Of a DNA stretch of 64,000 nucleotides, positions 62,692-64,000 are shown in pieces. The position numbers were made by a program, and so were the translations under genes. The number at the start of each line of letters is the position of its first letter. Positions within the stretch are counted from its first letter, which is position 1. The stretch covers positions 1,664,001 through 1,728,000 of the forward strand of contig CAWJDT010000001.1 of the NCBI GenBank assembly GCA_963841735.1, in the 5' to 3' direction. The DNA comes from an uncultured Actinomycetes bacterium. GTDB lineage: Bacteria > Actinomycetota > Thermoleophilia > RBG-16-64-13. The notes under the pieces were generated by a model. The model worked only from the letters and a program-made list of their open reading frames with translations. It had not been told where the DNA came from and made no database searches.

Positions 62692-63495
62692 ATGTTCATC
62701 GATTCTCACACCCACCTGGACCACTGCCGCGAAGGCGCGGCTGAGCTGCTGGCCCACGCCCGCGCGGCCGGGGTGGGCCTTATCATCCAGTCCGGCACCG
62801 ACCTGGAGCGCTCGCGCCGCTCGGTGGAGCTGGCGGAACAGTTTCCCGAGGTGTATGCCACCGTGGGATATCACCCGAGCGAAGCAGGTGTGATGGATGC
62901 CCGCGGTTGGGCGGCGATCGAGCGATGGACCGCGAATCCCCGAGTGGTGGCAGTGGGAGAGACGGGGTTCGACTACTACCACGACAACTGGCCTCACGAG
63001 GTGCAGAGCGAGGTGTTTGTGTGCCATATCGAATTGGCCCGGCGCGCCGGGCTGCCGGTGGTGGTGCACACGCGCGAAGCGGCGGAGGACACGCTCGCCA
63101 CGTTGGCCGAGCGCGCGGCCGGGCTGACTGTAGTGTTGCACTGTTTCTCTCTGCCGGGGCTGCTCGACGAGGTGGTCGAGCGGGGCTACTACCTGAGCTT
63201 CGCGGGCAACGTGACCTACAAGAACGCGGTTGACCTGCAGGTGGCCGCCCAGGCGGTGCCGGCGCATCTGCTGCTGTTGGAGACCGATGCGCCTTGGCTG
63301 ACGCCCATGCCCCTGCGCGGCCGTCCCAACCGCCCGGGGCTGGTGGCCGGCGTGTATGAGTTTGTGGCGGGATTGCGTGGGGTGGGCGTGGACGAGTTGG
63401 CCACGCAGATCGAGGAGAACGCGAGGACCGCTTTTCCCCGGCTGAGGTCGGAGCCGGTGTCTGGGCCGAACGCCGGGCCGAGGAGCGCGTCGTGA
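62692..63495 (+). CDS. tatD: TatD-family DNase
   Basis: IDSHTHL, GYHP, VGETGFDY, VHTREA, HCFS, ETDAPWL. Confidence 0.95.
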   Translation: MFIDSHTHLDHCREGAAELLAHARAAGVGLIIQSGTDLERSRRSVELAEQFPEVYATVGYHPSEAGVMDARGWAAIERWTANPRVVAVGETGFDYYHDNWPHEVQSEVFVCHIELARRAGLPVVVHTREAAEDTLATLAERAAGLTVVLHCFSLPGLLDEVVERGYYLSFAGNVTYKNAVDLQVAAQAVPAHLLLLETDAPWLTPMPLRGRPNRPGLVAGVYEFVAGLRGVGVDELATQIEENARTAFPRLRSEPVSGPNAGPRSAS

Positions 63496-64000
63496 GCCCA
63501 AGGGGACCGGGGGACGGCCCCGCATCCGGCGAGTCGGCGCTGCGGCAGGTGTCGCTGGCCCGCATCAAGGAGTTCGGCATAACGCCCAAGCGGGATCTGG
63601 GGCAGAATTTTCTAATCGACGACAACATCCTGGGGGTGATCCTCGGTTATCTGCAATGCACCCCCCAAGACGTGGCGCTGGAGATCGGTGCCGGCCTGGG
63701 GGTGTTGACCGCGGCGCTGGCGGGGGTGGCTCGGCATGTTCACGCGTTCGAGGTGGATAGGAGTTTGGAGGCGCCACTGCAGGCCACCCTCCAGGGTGAT
63801 CCCAAGGTGACGCTGCATTTTCAGGACGTGCTGAGGGCTCCGCTCGAGGCGCTTGATCCGCTCCCTACGGTGTGCGCCAGCAATCTGCCCTACTCGGTGG
63901 CCGGTCCGTCGGTGGTCGAAGCGCTGCAACGACTGCCGAGCGTGCGCCGCTACTGTGTGATGGTGCAGCGCGAAGTGGCCGAGAGGATGGCCTCCGCTCC
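63492..64000 (+). CDS. rsmA: 16S rRNA dimethyladenosine transferase, runs off the right edge
   Basis: Manual translation from GTG 63492: PKRDLGQNFLID, LEIGAGLGVLT, SNLPY, MVQREVAER. Confidence 0.93.
   Translation, partial: MSPRGPGDGPASGESALRQVSLARIKEFGITPKRDLGQNFLIDDNILGVILGYLQCTPQDVALEIGAGLGVLTAALAGVARHVHAFEVDRSLEAPLQATLQGDPKVTLHFQDVLRAPLEALDPLPTVCASNLPYSVAGPSVVEALQRLPSVRRYCVMVQREVAERMASA

Overview
A GC-rich bacterial chromosome segment, probably from an anaerobic deep-branching actinobacterium (Thermoleophilia-like; this is an inference from gene content and promoter style). It is mostly housekeeping and signalling genes: a multi-PAS hybrid kinase plus diguanylate cyclase, two partner-switching (STAS/PP2C/RsbW) modules, DtxR-feoAB, ilvE-cimA, dnaE, hisD/BHAF, two M23 peptidases, a flavodiiron protein, a Fur/Nur-type regulator with a Ni/Co ECF transporter, Sec-containing selD, parA-ftsZ, nfo, pgi, dinB, an lsrF sugar cluster, and rsmI-metG-tatD-rsmA. 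Many genes carry single-base frameshifts that look like assembly errors. The most notable signals are: (1) a palindromic MITE present as a 160-bp copy abutting the metG promoter and as a 123-bp copy inserted in-frame inside metG with a CCA target duplication; (2) an ftsZ coupled to a ParA ATPase whose reconstructed N-terminal extension starts with a ParB-like peptide; (3) two related, covarying ~95-nt hairpins that bracket a small accessory island; (4) three tandem zinc-ribbon CD225/dispanin (IFITM-like) genes. No rRNA, tRNA, CRISPR array, integrase or transposase was seen.
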